Shown here: positions 39,287-49,036 of the stretch, one piece after another
Position numbering within the stretch: the stretch's first letter is position 1
Layout: each line of letters opens with the position of its first letter
Assembly: GCA_046330715.1 (NCBI GenBank)
Contig: JAXLSG010000007.1
Location: forward strand, 96,629 to 160,628
Source of the DNA: Candidatus Nanopelagicales bacterium
GTDB lineage: Bacteria > Actinomycetota > Actinomycetes > S36-B12 > CAIYMF01
Reading direction: 5' to 3'
DNA length: 64,000 nucleotides
Program-made: the position numbers and the translations under genes
Notes under the pieces: model-generated
Seen by the model: the letters and a program-made list of their open reading frames with translations, nothing else
Databases searched by the model: none
What the model was told of the DNA's origin: nothing

Positions 39287-40633
39287 ATGGTCCGTGTGAC
39301 CGGCCCGCGCTCCTTCCACGTGATGTCGAAGCCGACGGGCGCGATCTGCAACCTCGACTGCGAGTACTGCTTCTTCCTGTCCAAGGAGCAGCTCTATCCC
39401 AGCAGCGGCTTCCGGATGCCGCCCGACGTGCACGAGGCCTACGTCCGCCAGCTGCTCGAGGCGCAGCGCGGGGTCGACGAGGTGGTCGTCGCGTTCCAGG
39501 GCGGCGAGCCGACCCTCATGGGCCGGGACTTCTTCCGGCGCACGCTCGAGCTCGAGCAGCGGTACGCCGCACCCGGCCAGCAGGTGCTCAACACCCTGCA
39601 GACCAACGGCACCCTCCTCGACGACGAGTGGGGCGCCTTCCTGCGCGAGAACGGCTTCCTCGTCGGGGTCTCCATCGACGGTCCGCGGGCGATGCACGAC
39701 GCCTACCGCGTCGACAAGGGCGGCAAGCCGACGTACGACCGCGTCGTGCGCGGCATCGAGGTCCTCCAGCGGCACGGGGTCGACTGGAACGCGCTCGTCA
39801 CGGTCAACGCCGCGAACGGCGACCACGGACGCGAGGTCTACACGTTCCTGCGCGACGAGGTCGGTGCCACGCACGTGCAGCTGATCCCGATCGTCGAGCG
39901 CGTCACGCCCGAGCTGCTGCCGCTGGCCGAGGAGGGCTGGGGCGCACGGTCGGGCATCCGGCCGCTCTACCGCCAGGAGGGCGACCTCGTCACGCACCGC
40001 ACGGTCGGCGCGGAGCAGTACGGGCGGTTCCTCGTCGACGTCTTCGAGGAGTGGGCGCGGCACGACGTCGGCGACGTGTTCGTGCCGACGTTCGACACAG
40101 CGCTCGCGCACTGGCTCGGCATGCACCAGACGGGCGCGTGCGTGCACGCGGAGACGTGCGGCGACGCCGTGGCCCTCGAGCACAACGGCGACCTCTACTC
40201 CTGCGACCACTACGTCGAGCCCGAGCACCTGCTCGGCAACATCGCGGAGGGCCGCACGCTCCTGCAGCTGGTCGACTCGCCGAAGCAGCGCGCGTTCGGC
40301 GACGCGAAGCGCGACACGCTGCCGGCGTACTGCCGACGCTGCGACGTGCGGTTCGCCTGCCACGGCGGCTGCCCCAAGGACCGGTTCCTCACCACGCCCG
40401 ACGGCGAGCCCGGGCTGCACTGGCTGTGCGCGGGCTACCAGCTGTTCTTCCGCCACGTCGACCAGCCGATGCAGACCATGGCCGCGCTGCTCCGCAACGG
40501 CCGCGATGCCACCGGACTGCGCACCTGGTACGCCGGCCGCGACGCGAAGCGCGACCCGGCCGACCCGTGCACCTGCGGGTCGGACCGCCCCTTCGCGCAG
40601 TGCCACGGCGGGCCACCGCCGCGGCGCGGCTGA
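39287..40633 (+). CDS. Anaerobic sulfatase maturase (radical SAM/SPASM) with C-terminal SEC-C
   Basis: KPTGAICNLDCEYC, GGEPTL, YSCDHYV, CRRC..CHGGCPK, DPCTCGS..CHG. Confidence 0.93.
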   Translation: MVRVTGPRSFHVMSKPTGAICNLDCEYCFFLSKEQLYPSSGFRMPPDVHEAYVRQLLEAQRGVDEVVVAFQGGEPTLMGRDFFRRTLELEQRYAAPGQQVLNTLQTNGTLLDDEWGAFLRENGFLVGVSIDGPRAMHDAYRVDKGGKPTYDRVVRGIEVLQRHGVDWNALVTVNAANGDHGREVYTFLRDEVGATHVQLIPIVERVTPELLPLAEEGWGARSGIRPLYRQEGDLVTHRTVGAEQYGRFLVDVFEEWARHDVGDVFVPTFDTALAHWLGMHQTGACVHAETCGDAVALEHNGDLYSCDHYVEPEHLLGNIAEGRTLLQLVDSPKQRAFGDAKRDTLPAYCRRCDVRFACHGGCPKDRFLTTPDGEPGLHWLCAGYQLFFRHVDQPMQTMAALLRNGRDATGLRTWYAGRDAKRDPADPCTCGSDRPFAQCHGGPPPRRG

Positions 40634-40653
40634 GGGGCAGCAACGACGGACCG

Positions 40654-42513
40654 CTACCTGTCCTTCTTCTTGCGCTTGCTGCGCTTGGCCGGCACCGCGG
40701 GCAGGTCCTCCTCCGGCTCCTCGTCCGGCTGTCCCGCCACGATGCGCTCCTCGCCCGGCACGTAGTCCTCGACCAGCTCGTCGACGGACTCCTCCTCGCG
40801 CGCCTCGACGCGCTCGGCGTGCGCCTCGCGCGCGGCGCGCACACCCGCGGAGATGCTGTGCCACATGCGCTCCGCGCCGAGCCGGTCGAGGAACCCCGAC
40901 CGCCGCAGCACGTCGCGCGCCCGCTGGAACACGCGCACGAGGTAGAGCTCGATGCCCCGCGAGCGGAGCTTGGTGAGCAGGACGTCGAGCGCGTCGACGC
41001 TCGTGGTGTCGAGCTGGCTGGTCGCCTCGAGGTCGAGGAGGAGCGAGTGCGTGCCCGGGTGCTCGTCGACCGTCTTCAGGACCTGCGTGACGACCTCGGT
41101 GGCGTTGGCCCAGAACAGCGGGACGTCGAGGCGCAGCACGAGGACGCCGTCGACCGTGCGGCGCTCGGGGTGCCGCTGAGCGCTGCCCCACGCCGCCTTC
41201 TCCCCCGGCACCTTGCCCATGACGTCGACGTGCACGCGGCTCGAGCGGTAGACAAGGCCGAGCAGCGACTGGCCGATCGCGAAGAGCAGGCCGTAGAGCG
41301 GTCCGAGGATGAGGACGCCGATCATCGCGGCCATCGCCGCGAGGAAGTCGTTGCGGCGCACGGCCAGGTAGCGCTTGAGCGCGTCGAGGTCGAGCAGGCC
41401 CCACACCGCCTGGATGACGATGGCCGACAGCGCCGCGCGCGGGAGGTCGGTGAGCGACGACGTGAACAGCGCGAGCACGAGCAGGGCCAGGCCGGCGGCC
41501 ACGAGGCCGGTCACCTGCGACGAGCTGCCCGCCCGCACCGCGCTCGCCGTCTTCGACAGCGAGCCGCTGACGCCGAGCCCGCCCGACAGGCCGGCCGCGA
41601 CGTTCGCGGCACCGGTGGCGAGCAGCTCCTGGTCGGCGTCGATGCGGTAGTCGAGGCGGACGGCGAAGATGCGCGCCGCGCTCATGCCCTCGGCCAGCGC
41701 GACGAGGCCGATCGCGAGACCGCCCACGATCACGGGCGGGATGTCCGACGCGTCGATGCCGGGCAGCCCCAGCGGCGGCATCCCCTGCGGCACGCGACCC
41801 ACGGTCGCGACGCCCTGGGCGGCGAGGTCGAGCCGGTTGGACACGAGGATCGAGCCGACGAGGACGACGAGCCCCCACGGCACGCGCGGCAGGAAGTGCG
41901 CGCCGACGAAGAGCACCACGAGGCACGACAGCCCGACCAGCGCTGTGGGCAGGTCGGCGTCGCCGAGGTGGCTCAGCAGGCCCCAGACCCGGGCGAGCAC
42001 GTCGCCCGACTCCGGCGGCATGCCGAGCAGGCTCGGGATCTCGCCGAGCACGATGAGCAGGACCAGGCCGAAGACGAAGCCGGTCACGATCGGCCGCGAC
42101 AGGAACTCGACCGCCCAGCCGACCCGGGCGATGCCGCCGATCACGAGCCCGATGCCGGCAGCGATCGCGAGGGCCGAGGTGAGCGCGACGGCGTGCGACA
42201 TGCTGCCGTTGGCCAGCCCCGCCACGAGCGAGCCCGACAGCACCGACACCGTCGAGACCGGTCCGACCACGAGGTGCGGCGACGACCCGAGCACGGCGTA
42301 CGCGACGAGGGCGAGCGGGATCGCGTAGAGGCCGACCTGCACGGGCACCCCGGCGATGCCGGCGTAGCCGAGCGCCTGCGGGATCGCGAGGGCGGCGACG
42401 ACGGCGCCGGCGAGCACGTCGCCCGGCAGCCGGTTCACGCGGTACGCCGGGAGCCAGCGGGCCATCGGGAGCCAGCGACGCGTCTCGCGCGTCACCGCCG
42501 CCTCGACGTCCAC
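40654..42513 (-). CDS. SulP-family anion transporter with STAS domain
   Basis: GDVLAG..IPQALGYA, GSS..VVGP, QELLATG, GSLSKTA; STAS LFWAN..LDTTS. Confidence 0.92.
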   Translation of the reverse strand: MDVEAAVTRETRRWLPMARWLPAYRVNRLPGDVLAGAVVAALAIPQALGYAGIAGVPVQVGLYAIPLALVAYAVLGSSPHLVVGPVSTVSVLSGSLVAGLANGSMSHAVALTSALAIAAGIGLVIGGIARVGWAVEFLSRPIVTGFVFGLVLLIVLGEIPSLLGMPPESGDVLARVWGLLSHLGDADLPTALVGLSCLVVLFVGAHFLPRVPWGLVVLVGSILVSNRLDLAAQGVATVGRVPQGMPPLGLPGIDASDIPPVIVGGLAIGLVALAEGMSAARIFAVRLDYRIDADQELLATGAANVAAGLSGGLGVSGSLSKTASAVRAGSSSQVTGLVAAGLALLVLALFTSSLTDLPRAALSAIVIQAVWGLLDLDALKRYLAVRRNDFLAAMAAMIGVLILGPLYGLLFAIGQSLLGLVYRSSRVHVDVMGKVPGEKAAWGSAQRHPERRTVDGVLVLRLDVPLFWANATEVVTQVLKTVDEHPGTHSLLLDLEATSQLDTTSVDALDVLLTKLRSRGIELYLVRVFQRARDVLRRSGFLDRLGAERMWHSISAGVRAAREAHAERVEAREEESVDELVEDYVPGEERIVAGQPDEEPEEDLPAVPAKRSKRKKKDR

Positions 42514-42589
42514 AGCTCACCGCCCTCCGCGGGCGAACGCTAGCGGGACGCGACCGACCACGCCCTCGCAACGGCTCCCGCCGCGCGGG

Positions 42590-43864
42590 TCAGGTGCTCG
42601 AGGCCTCGAGCCGGCGGACGTCGGCGCGCAGCGACGCGACGGGCCAGAGCAGGTAGGCGACCGCGCCGACCGCGAGCCCGAGCACGGCCATGACGACGAC
42701 CGCGAAGGCCGGGCTGGTGAGGGTCGCGATCCAGCCGGAGAGCAGGTAGCCGATCGTCGTGAACAGCGCGAAGCCGGCCGCCGCGATGCCGACGACACGA
42801 CCGCGCTGCTCGTTGGGGGTGAGCAGGGTCGTGAACGTCATCACGGGGATGAGGAACGACTGCGCGGCGCCGGCGAGCGCCCAGAGCACGAGGATCACGA
42901 TGATCGGGGGCTCGATACCGGTGACGAGCAGCGGCAGGCACATGAAGAGCGCGAGGGGCAGCACGAGGTCGAGCTGCTCACGCAGCGCGCGGCGTCCGAT
43001 GAGCAGGCTGCCCACGGCGGCGCCGATGACCACGCCCGCCATGAGCGCGCCGCCCCAGCCGCTCACCTCGCCCGTGCTGTCGGCGTAGGCGAGAGCCACC
43101 GCTTCCGGCGCGACGAGCGGGGCGGCGAGCGCCCAGCTGAGCAGGACGAAGGCGCGGCGCGAGGGGTCGGCCATCAGCATCGACCAGCCCTCGGCGAGGT
43201 CGCGCATGAGGACGCGGATCGACGGGGTCGACTCGAGCTCGGAGGGCCGGTCGCGCAGCGTCACGGCGAGCACGGCGAAGGAGAAGACGAACGACAGGGC
43301 GTCGAGGAACAGCGCCACGCGCGGCGTGGTGAGCTGCACGACGAGGCCGCCGACGAAGAGGCCGACCGCCTGGTTGATGAGGTTCAGCGCGCGCGAGAGA
43401 CCGGTGCCGGCAGCGACGTACGACGGCGACCCCAGGACGTCGGGGATCGACGCCATGCGCGCCGAGTCGAACAGCGGCGTGAACAGCTCGGAGACGAAGA
43501 GGATCGCGAACAGCAGCCAGAGCGGCGTGCCGGGCACGGCGAGCAGCGCGATGAGCGCCACGGTGAGGGCGCGGCCGATGTCGGAGCCGAGCATGAGCGA
43601 GCGGCGGGAGAAGCGGTCGACGATCGGCGCGAGGAGCGCCGAGCCGATCAGCGAGGGGACGAAGCCGACCGCGAAGGTCGCGGCCGCGAGCAGCGGCGAC
43701 CCGGTCTGGTTGAGCACCAGCAGCGCGAGGGCGACGGACGCGATCTGGTCGCCCGCCTGGCTGGCGATCTGGGCGATGACCATGCCCCGGAACTCCGGGA
43801 CCGCCAGGACGTCGCGTACGCGGACGCGCCGGGACTCATGATGGCTTGTCGAGCCCGCCGTCAC
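42590..43864 (-). CDS. MFS transporter
   Basis: Multiple TMs, DRFSRRSLM motif A, QRGRVVG; GTG start overlapping the glnE 3' end. Confidence 0.85.
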   Translation of the reverse strand: MTAGSTSHHESRRVRVRDVLAVPEFRGMVIAQIASQAGDQIASVALALLVLNQTGSPLLAAATFAVGFVPSLIGSALLAPIVDRFSRRSLMLGSDIGRALTVALIALLAVPGTPLWLLFAILFVSELFTPLFDSARMASIPDVLGSPSYVAAGTGLSRALNLINQAVGLFVGGLVVQLTTPRVALFLDALSFVFSFAVLAVTLRDRPSELESTPSIRVLMRDLAEGWSMLMADPSRRAFVLLSWALAAPLVAPEAVALAYADSTGEVSGWGGALMAGVVIGAAVGSLLIGRRALREQLDLVLPLALFMCLPLLVTGIEPPIIVILVLWALAGAAQSFLIPVMTFTTLLTPNEQRGRVVGIAAAGFALFTTIGYLLSGWIATLTSPAFAVVVMAVLGLAVGAVAYLLWPVASLRADVRRLEASST

Positions 43865-46800
43865 CGTAGAAGACCCTCTCCACCACAGCTCTCGCCCGTC
43901 GCGTGATCCTGCGGTAGTCGTCGAGCAGCGCGCCGCTCTCCCCCGCGCGATACCCGAGAACGTAACCCACGGCGGCCAGATCTCGAGCATCTGTGGGCAC
44001 CATGTCGCTCGATGTGCCGCGTACGAGCATGACGGCGTCGCGCACCCGGGTGGCGATGCGCCACGCCGAGGCCAGCTCGGTGGCGTCGTCGTCCTCGAGG
44101 AGGCCCGCCTCGACAGCTGCGGACAGTGCTGGGAGCGTGCGCGTGGTGCGTAGTCCGGGCACCTCGTGACCGTGACGCAGCGTCAGCAGCTGGGCCACCC
44201 ACTCGACGTCGGAGAGCCCGCCGCGGCCGAGCTTGGTGTGCAGACCGGGGTCGGCCCCGCGCGGCAGCCGCTCGGCCTCCATGCGCGCCTTGAGCCGGCG
44301 GATCTCGCGCACGTCGTTCTCCGCGACGCCGCCCTCCGGGTAGCGCAGCGGGTCGATCACCTCGACGAACCGGCGCCCGACCTCGACGTCGCCGGCCACG
44401 GGCTCGGCGCGCAGCAGCGCCTGCGCCTCCCACGGGCTCGACCAGCGCTGGTAGTAGGCGGCGTACGACGCCAGCGTGCGGACCAGCGGGCCGTTGCGCC
44501 CCTCGGGGCGCAGGTCGGCGTCGACCTCGAGCGCGGGGTCGGGGCTCGGGACCATGAGCAGCCGGCGCAGCTCCTCCGCGACCGCGAGCGCCGCCTGGTG
44601 CGCGTCGCGCTCGTCGGCGCCGGGCAGCGGGTCGTGCACGAACATGACGTCGGCGTCGCTGGCGAAGCCGAGCTCGCCGCCGCCGAAGCGGCCCATCGCC
44701 ACGATCAGCATCCGTGTCGGGAGCGGCCCGCCGCGGCGGGCCTCCACCGCGCGGGTCGAGATCGCGAGCGCGCCGGTGATGGCCGCGGCGGCGATGTCGG
44801 AGAGCGCCACGCCGGCGTCGTCGACCTCGGCGACGCCGAACAGCTCGGCCGCGGCGGTGCGGAACAGCTCGCGGCGGCGCAGCGCGCGCACGGCCGCGAC
44901 CGCGACCTCGGGGTCGTCGTGGCGCCGCGCCGCGGAGAGCGCCTCGACGACGAGGGCCTCACGACCGCGCGGCTCGAGCTCGTCGTCGTCGGCGAGCATC
45001 TGCACGGCCTCCGGCGCGCGCAGCAGCAGCCCGCTCGCGTAGCGGCTCGAGGCGAGCATCGTCGCGAGCCGCTGGGCCGCGAGCGACTCGTCGCGCAGCA
45101 GACGCAGGTACCAGTGCGTCGAGCCGAGCGCGTCGCTCATCCGCCGGAAGTTGAGCAGCCCGGCGTCGGGGTCGGGAGCCGTGGCGAACCAGCCGAGCAT
45201 CACCGGGAGCAACGTGCGCTGGATCGCGGCCCGGCGGGTGACGCCCGACGTGAGCGCCTCGAGGTGGCGCAGCGCGCCGGCGGGGTCGGCGTACCCGAGG
45301 GCCTCGAGCCGCTGGCGCGCGGCCTCGGGGGTCAGCCGCGCCTCGCCCGCGTCGAGGCGTGCGACGGCGTTGAGCAGCGGCCGGTAGAAGAGCTTCTCGT
45401 GCAGCCGCCGCACCTCGCGGCGGTGCTTCTTCAGAGCGTCGGAGAGCTCGGCCGCGGGGTCGGTGCGGAAGCCCATCGAGCGGCCGATGCGCCGCAGGTC
45501 GTCGGCGTTGTCGGGGACGACGTGCGTGCGACGCATCCGGTGCACCTGGATGCGGTGCTCGAGCGTGCGCAGGAACGCATACGACGCGGCGAGCGCCGCG
45601 GCATCCTCGCGGCCGACGTAGCCCCACGTCGCGAGCGACTCGAGCGCGGGCAGCGTGGTCGGGCTGTGCAGCATCACGTCGCTGCGGCCGTGGACGAGCT
45701 GCAGCAGCTGCACCGAGAACTCGACGTCGCGCAGGCCCCCGGGGCCGAGCTTGAGCTGGCGGTCGGCGTCCTTGGCCGGCACGTTCTCCTCGACGCGACG
45801 GCGCATCGCCTGCACGTCCTCGACGAAGTTCGGTCGGTCGGCGGCGGTCCACACCAGCGGCGTCACGAGCTCGACGAAGCGCGCCCCGAGGTCGTCGTCG
45901 CCGGTCGCGAGGCGCGCCTTGAGCAGCGCCTGGAACTCCCACGTCGACGCCCACCGGCGGTAGTAGCCCTCGTACGACGCGAGCGTGCGCACGAGCGCGC
46001 CGTTGCGGCCCTCGGGGCGCAGGTTGGCGTCGACCTCCCAGATCGCCCCCTCGGGGGTCGACGCGACGCACGCGTTCATGAGCGCCTGCGCGAGCCGCGT
46101 CGCTCCGGCCAGCGCCTCGGTCTCGTCGACGCCGTCGGCCGGCTCGGCGACGAAGAGCACGTCGACGTCGGAGATGTAGTTGAGCTCGTGGCCGCCGCAC
46201 TTGCCCATCGCGATCACGGCGAGCCGGCACCGCGCGACGTCGTCGGGGTAGGCGGCGCGAGCCACGGCCAGAGCCGTCGCGAGCGTCGCGTCGGCGAGGT
46301 CGGACAGCGCGGTGGCGACCTCGGGGAAGGGTGCGCCGTCGCCGAGGTCGGCCGCCGCGACCGCGAGCAGCTCTCGACGGTAGGCCGCACGCATCGCCGA
46401 CAGCGTCTCGGTCGAGGCGTCGGCCGCGGCGGGGTCGGCATCAGCGGGGTCGGCGCCGACCGCGACAAGCAGGGCGGCGCGCATCTCGTCGTAGCCGACG
46501 AGGCGGCGCGGGCCGGGCTCGCCGTCGTCGCCCGGCACGCCGCGCAGCACGGTCCAGTCCTCGGGGTGGCGCACGAGGTGGTCGCCGAGCGCGAGCGACG
46601 CTCCGAGAACGGCGTACGCGCGAGCCCGCAGGTCCTCGTCGTCGTCGAGCGCCGCGACGAACGCCGCGGCGTCGGCGCTGCCGCCGTCGGCGAGACGCGA
46701 CAGCGTCGTGAGGACGCCGTCGGGGTCGGGCGCCTTCGCGAGGTCGTCGACGGCGGCCGTACCGAGTCCGACGAGTCCCGGCTCGCTGAGCAGGCGCACG

Positions 46801-46880
46801 CCGCGCGCGGCGTCGACGAACCCGAGCCGCGCGAGGCGGCCCTGCAGGCTGCCCGAGCGCGCGTCGCCGTCGACGTTCAT
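43836..46880 (-). CDS. glnE: Glutamine synthetase adenylyltransferase
   Basis: Two NTase repeats: MGKCGGHELNYISDVD and MGRFGGGELGFASDAD; LRPEG twice; GGLRDVEF. Confidence 0.96.
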   Translation of the reverse strand: MNVDGDARSGSLQGRLARLGFVDAARGVRLLSEPGLVGLGTAAVDDLAKAPDPDGVLTTLSRLADGGSADAAAFVAALDDDEDLRARAYAVLGASLALGDHLVRHPEDWTVLRGVPGDDGEPGPRRLVGYDEMRAALLVAVGADPADADPAAADASTETLSAMRAAYRRELLAVAAADLGDGAPFPEVATALSDLADATLATALAVARAAYPDDVARCRLAVIAMGKCGGHELNYISDVDVLFVAEPADGVDETEALAGATRLAQALMNACVASTPEGAIWEVDANLRPEGRNGALVRTLASYEGYYRRWASTWEFQALLKARLATGDDDLGARFVELVTPLVWTAADRPNFVEDVQAMRRRVEENVPAKDADRQLKLGPGGLRDVEFSVQLLQLVHGRSDVMLHSPTTLPALESLATWGYVGREDAAALAASYAFLRTLEHRIQVHRMRRTHVVPDNADDLRRIGRSMGFRTDPAAELSDALKKHRREVRRLHEKLFYRPLLNAVARLDAGEARLTPEAARQRLEALGYADPAGALRHLEALTSGVTRRAAIQRTLLPVMLGWFATAPDPDAGLLNFRRMSDALGSTHWYLRLLRDESLAAQRLATMLASSRYASGLLLRAPEAVQMLADDDELEPRGREALVVEALSAARRHDDPEVAVAAVRALRRRELFRTAAAELFGVAEVDDAGVALSDIAAAAITGALAISTRAVEARRGGPLPTRMLIVAMGRFGGGELGFASDADVMFVHDPLPGADERDAHQAALAVAEELRRLLMVPSPDPALEVDADLRPEGRNGPLVRTLASYAAYYQRWSSPWEAQALLRAEPVAGDVEVGRRFVEVIDPLRYPEGGVAENDVREIRRLKARMEAERLPRGADPGLHTKLGRGGLSDVEWVAQLLTLRHGHEVPGLRTTRTLPALSAAVEAGLLEDDDATELASAWRIATRVRDAVMLVRGTSSDMVPTDARDLAAVGYVLGYRAGESGALLDDYRRITRRARAVVERVFYGDGGLDKPS

Positions 46881-46887
46881 GAGCGGG

Positions 46888-47631
46888 TCAGCGAGCGGCC
46901 GCGGAGCGCACCACGTCGGCGAAGGCGTGGGCGAAGGGACGCCAGGCCGCGACGACCTGGCCCTCCCGCGCGCGGAAGTCCTCGACGAGGGCGTCGCAGT
47001 CGAAGCCCCGCTCGTGGACGAGCTCGCGGTCGTCGTCGATCCAGTCCTGCATGATCGCGGCGTCGATCTCGGGGTGGAACTGCAGCGCCCACGTCCGGTC
47101 GCCGAGCCGGTAGGCCTGGTGCGCGCACGCCTGCGAGCGGGCGAGCAGCACGGCGCCCTCGGGCAGCGTGGCCATCGTGTCGATGTGGTACTGCCCGACC
47201 GGCGTGCCCGACGGCACCGTCGACAGCAGCGGGTCGTCGACCGCGGCGTCGGTGGGCTCGATCTCGACGAGGCCGATCTCGGCGACCTCGGCGCGGACCA
47301 CCACTCCCCCGAGCGCCAGGGTGATGAGCTGCCCGCCGAGGCAGACGCCCATGGTCGGTACGCCGTCGCCCACCGACCCGCGGATGAGCTCGCGCTCGGC
47401 CGGGAGCCACGGGGCGACGTCGTCCTCCCACGCGGCCATCGCGCCGCCGAGCAGCACGAGGCCGTCGTAGCCGTCGGGCAGCTCGGTCGGCACCGGCTCG
47501 CCCTGGTCGGCACGGATCACGGTCGACTCGACGCCGACCTCGGCCCACCACTCGCCGAGCAGCGCGACGGGGCCGGTCGGGTCGTTCTGCACGACGAGCA
47601 GCTTCAGCGGCGCGGTCACGTCGGCGCTCAC
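46888..47631 (-). CDS. Class I glutamine amidotransferase
   Basis: LVLLGG, GVCLGGQ, ALQFHPE; GTGA overlap with glnA2. Confidence 0.9.
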   Translation of the reverse strand: MSADVTAPLKLLVVQNDPTGPVALLGEWWAEVGVESTVIRADQGEPVPTELPDGYDGLVLLGGAMAAWEDDVAPWLPAERELIRGSVGDGVPTMGVCLGGQLITLALGGVVVRAEVAEIGLVEIEPTDAAVDDPLLSTVPSGTPVGQYHIDTMATLPEGAVLLARSQACAHQAYRLGDRTWALQFHPEIDAAIMQDWIDDDRELVHERGFDCDALVEDFRAREGQVVAAWRPFAHAFADVVRSAAAR

Positions 47632-48965
47632 AGGACGGGGAGGTAGCGCGAGAGCTCGAACGGCGTCACCTGGCGACGGTACTCGACCCACTCCGAGCGC
47701 TTGTTGCGCAGGAAGTGGTCGAACACGTGCTCGCCGAGCGTCTCGGCCACCAGCTCGCTGCGCTCCATGACGGTGACGGCCTGGCCGAGCGAGGTGGGCA
47801 GCGGGTCGATGCCGAGCGCGCGGCGCTCCGACTCGGTGAGCGCCCACACGTCGTCCTCGGCGCCGGGCGGCAGCTCGTAGCCCTGCTCGATGCCCTTGAG
47901 GCCCGCCGCGAGCATGACCGCGAACGCGAGGTAGGGGTTGCACGCGCTGTCGATCGAGCGGAACTCCACGCGGGTGGCGTTGCCCTTCGACGGCTTGTAC
48001 ATCGGCACGCGCACCAGCGCCGAGCGGTTGTTGTGGCCCCAGCAGACGTACGCCGGAGCCTCGCCGCCGCCGGACAGCCGCTTGTAGCTGTTCACCCACT
48101 GGTTGGTGACCGCGGTGATCTCGGGCGCGTGCCTGAGCAGGCCCGCGATGAAGGAGCGACCGACCTTCGACAGCTGGTACTCCGCACCCGGCTCGTGGAA
48201 GGCGTTGCGGTCGCCCTCGAAGAGCGAGACGTGCGTGTGCATGCCCGAACCGGGGTGGTCGGCGAAGGGCTTCGGCATGAAGGTGGCGTAGACGCCCTGC
48301 TCGAGCGCCACCTCCTTCATGACGAGGCGGAAGGTCATGATGTTGTCGGCGGTGGTGAGGGCGTCGGCGTAGCGGAGGTCGATCTCCTGCTGGCCCGGCG
48401 CGCCCTCGTGGTGGCTGAACTCCACCGAGATGCCCATCGACTCGAGCATCGTGATCGCCTGGCGGCGGAAGTCGTAGCCCTGGCCGTGCGGGCTGTGGTC
48501 GAAGTAGCCGACCTCGTCGATCGGGGTCGGGACCTCGCCCTTGCCGAACCCCTGCTGGAGCAGGAAGAACTCGATCTCGGGGTGCGTGTAGAAGGTGAAG
48601 CCGAGGTCGGCAGCCTTCGCCAGCGCGCGCTTGAGGACGTGCCGCGGGTCGGCGTACGACGGGCTGCCGTCGGGCATGAGGATGTCGCAGAACATGCGCC
48701 CGGTGCCCGGGCTCTCGCCGCGCCACGGGAGCACCTGGAAGGTGCTCGGGTCGGGCTTGGCGAGCATGTCGCTCTCGTAGACGCGGGCGAAGCCCTCGAT
48801 GGCGCTGCCGTCGAAGCCGATGCCCTCGGCGAACGCGCCCTCGAGCTCCGCCGGCGCGATCGCCACCGACTTGAGCATGCCCAGCACGTCGGTGAACCAC
48901 AGCCGGACGAACCGGATGTCGCGCTCCTCGATCGTGCGCAGGACGAACTCGGTCTGCTTGTCCAT
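47628..48965 (-). CDS. glnA2: Glutamine synthetase-like protein (GlnA2)
   Basis: MDKQTEFVLRTIEERDIRFVRLWFTDVLG, FDGSAIEG, HHEGAPGQ, MPKPF..PGSGMH. Confidence 0.93.
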   Translation of the reverse strand: MDKQTEFVLRTIEERDIRFVRLWFTDVLGMLKSVAIAPAELEGAFAEGIGFDGSAIEGFARVYESDMLAKPDPSTFQVLPWRGESPGTGRMFCDILMPDGSPSYADPRHVLKRALAKAADLGFTFYTHPEIEFFLLQQGFGKGEVPTPIDEVGYFDHSPHGQGYDFRRQAITMLESMGISVEFSHHEGAPGQQEIDLRYADALTTADNIMTFRLVMKEVALEQGVYATFMPKPFADHPGSGMHTHVSLFEGDRNAFHEPGAEYQLSKVGRSFIAGLLRHAPEITAVTNQWVNSYKRLSGGGEAPAYVCWGHNNRSALVRVPMYKPSKGNATRVEFRSIDSACNPYLAFAVMLAAGLKGIEQGYELPPGAEDDVWALTESERRALGIDPLPTSLGQAVTVMERSELVAETLGEHVFDHFLRNKRSEWVEYRRQVTPFELSRYLPVL

Positions 48966-49036
48966 GCCCCACATCCTGTCCTAGGTCGCGCCCCGGTGGC
49001 TGCCCGCCCCGCCCAAGCGGTTTGTAGGGTGGCGCC

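Noticed and set aside
36778-42543. 1921-aa ORF and other very long Arg/Pro/Gly-rich ORFs (e.g. 39200..42571, 44166..47054, 48335..51325)
   Set aside because: Alternative-frame or antisense shadows of real genes, expected at this GC content; no domain motifs.
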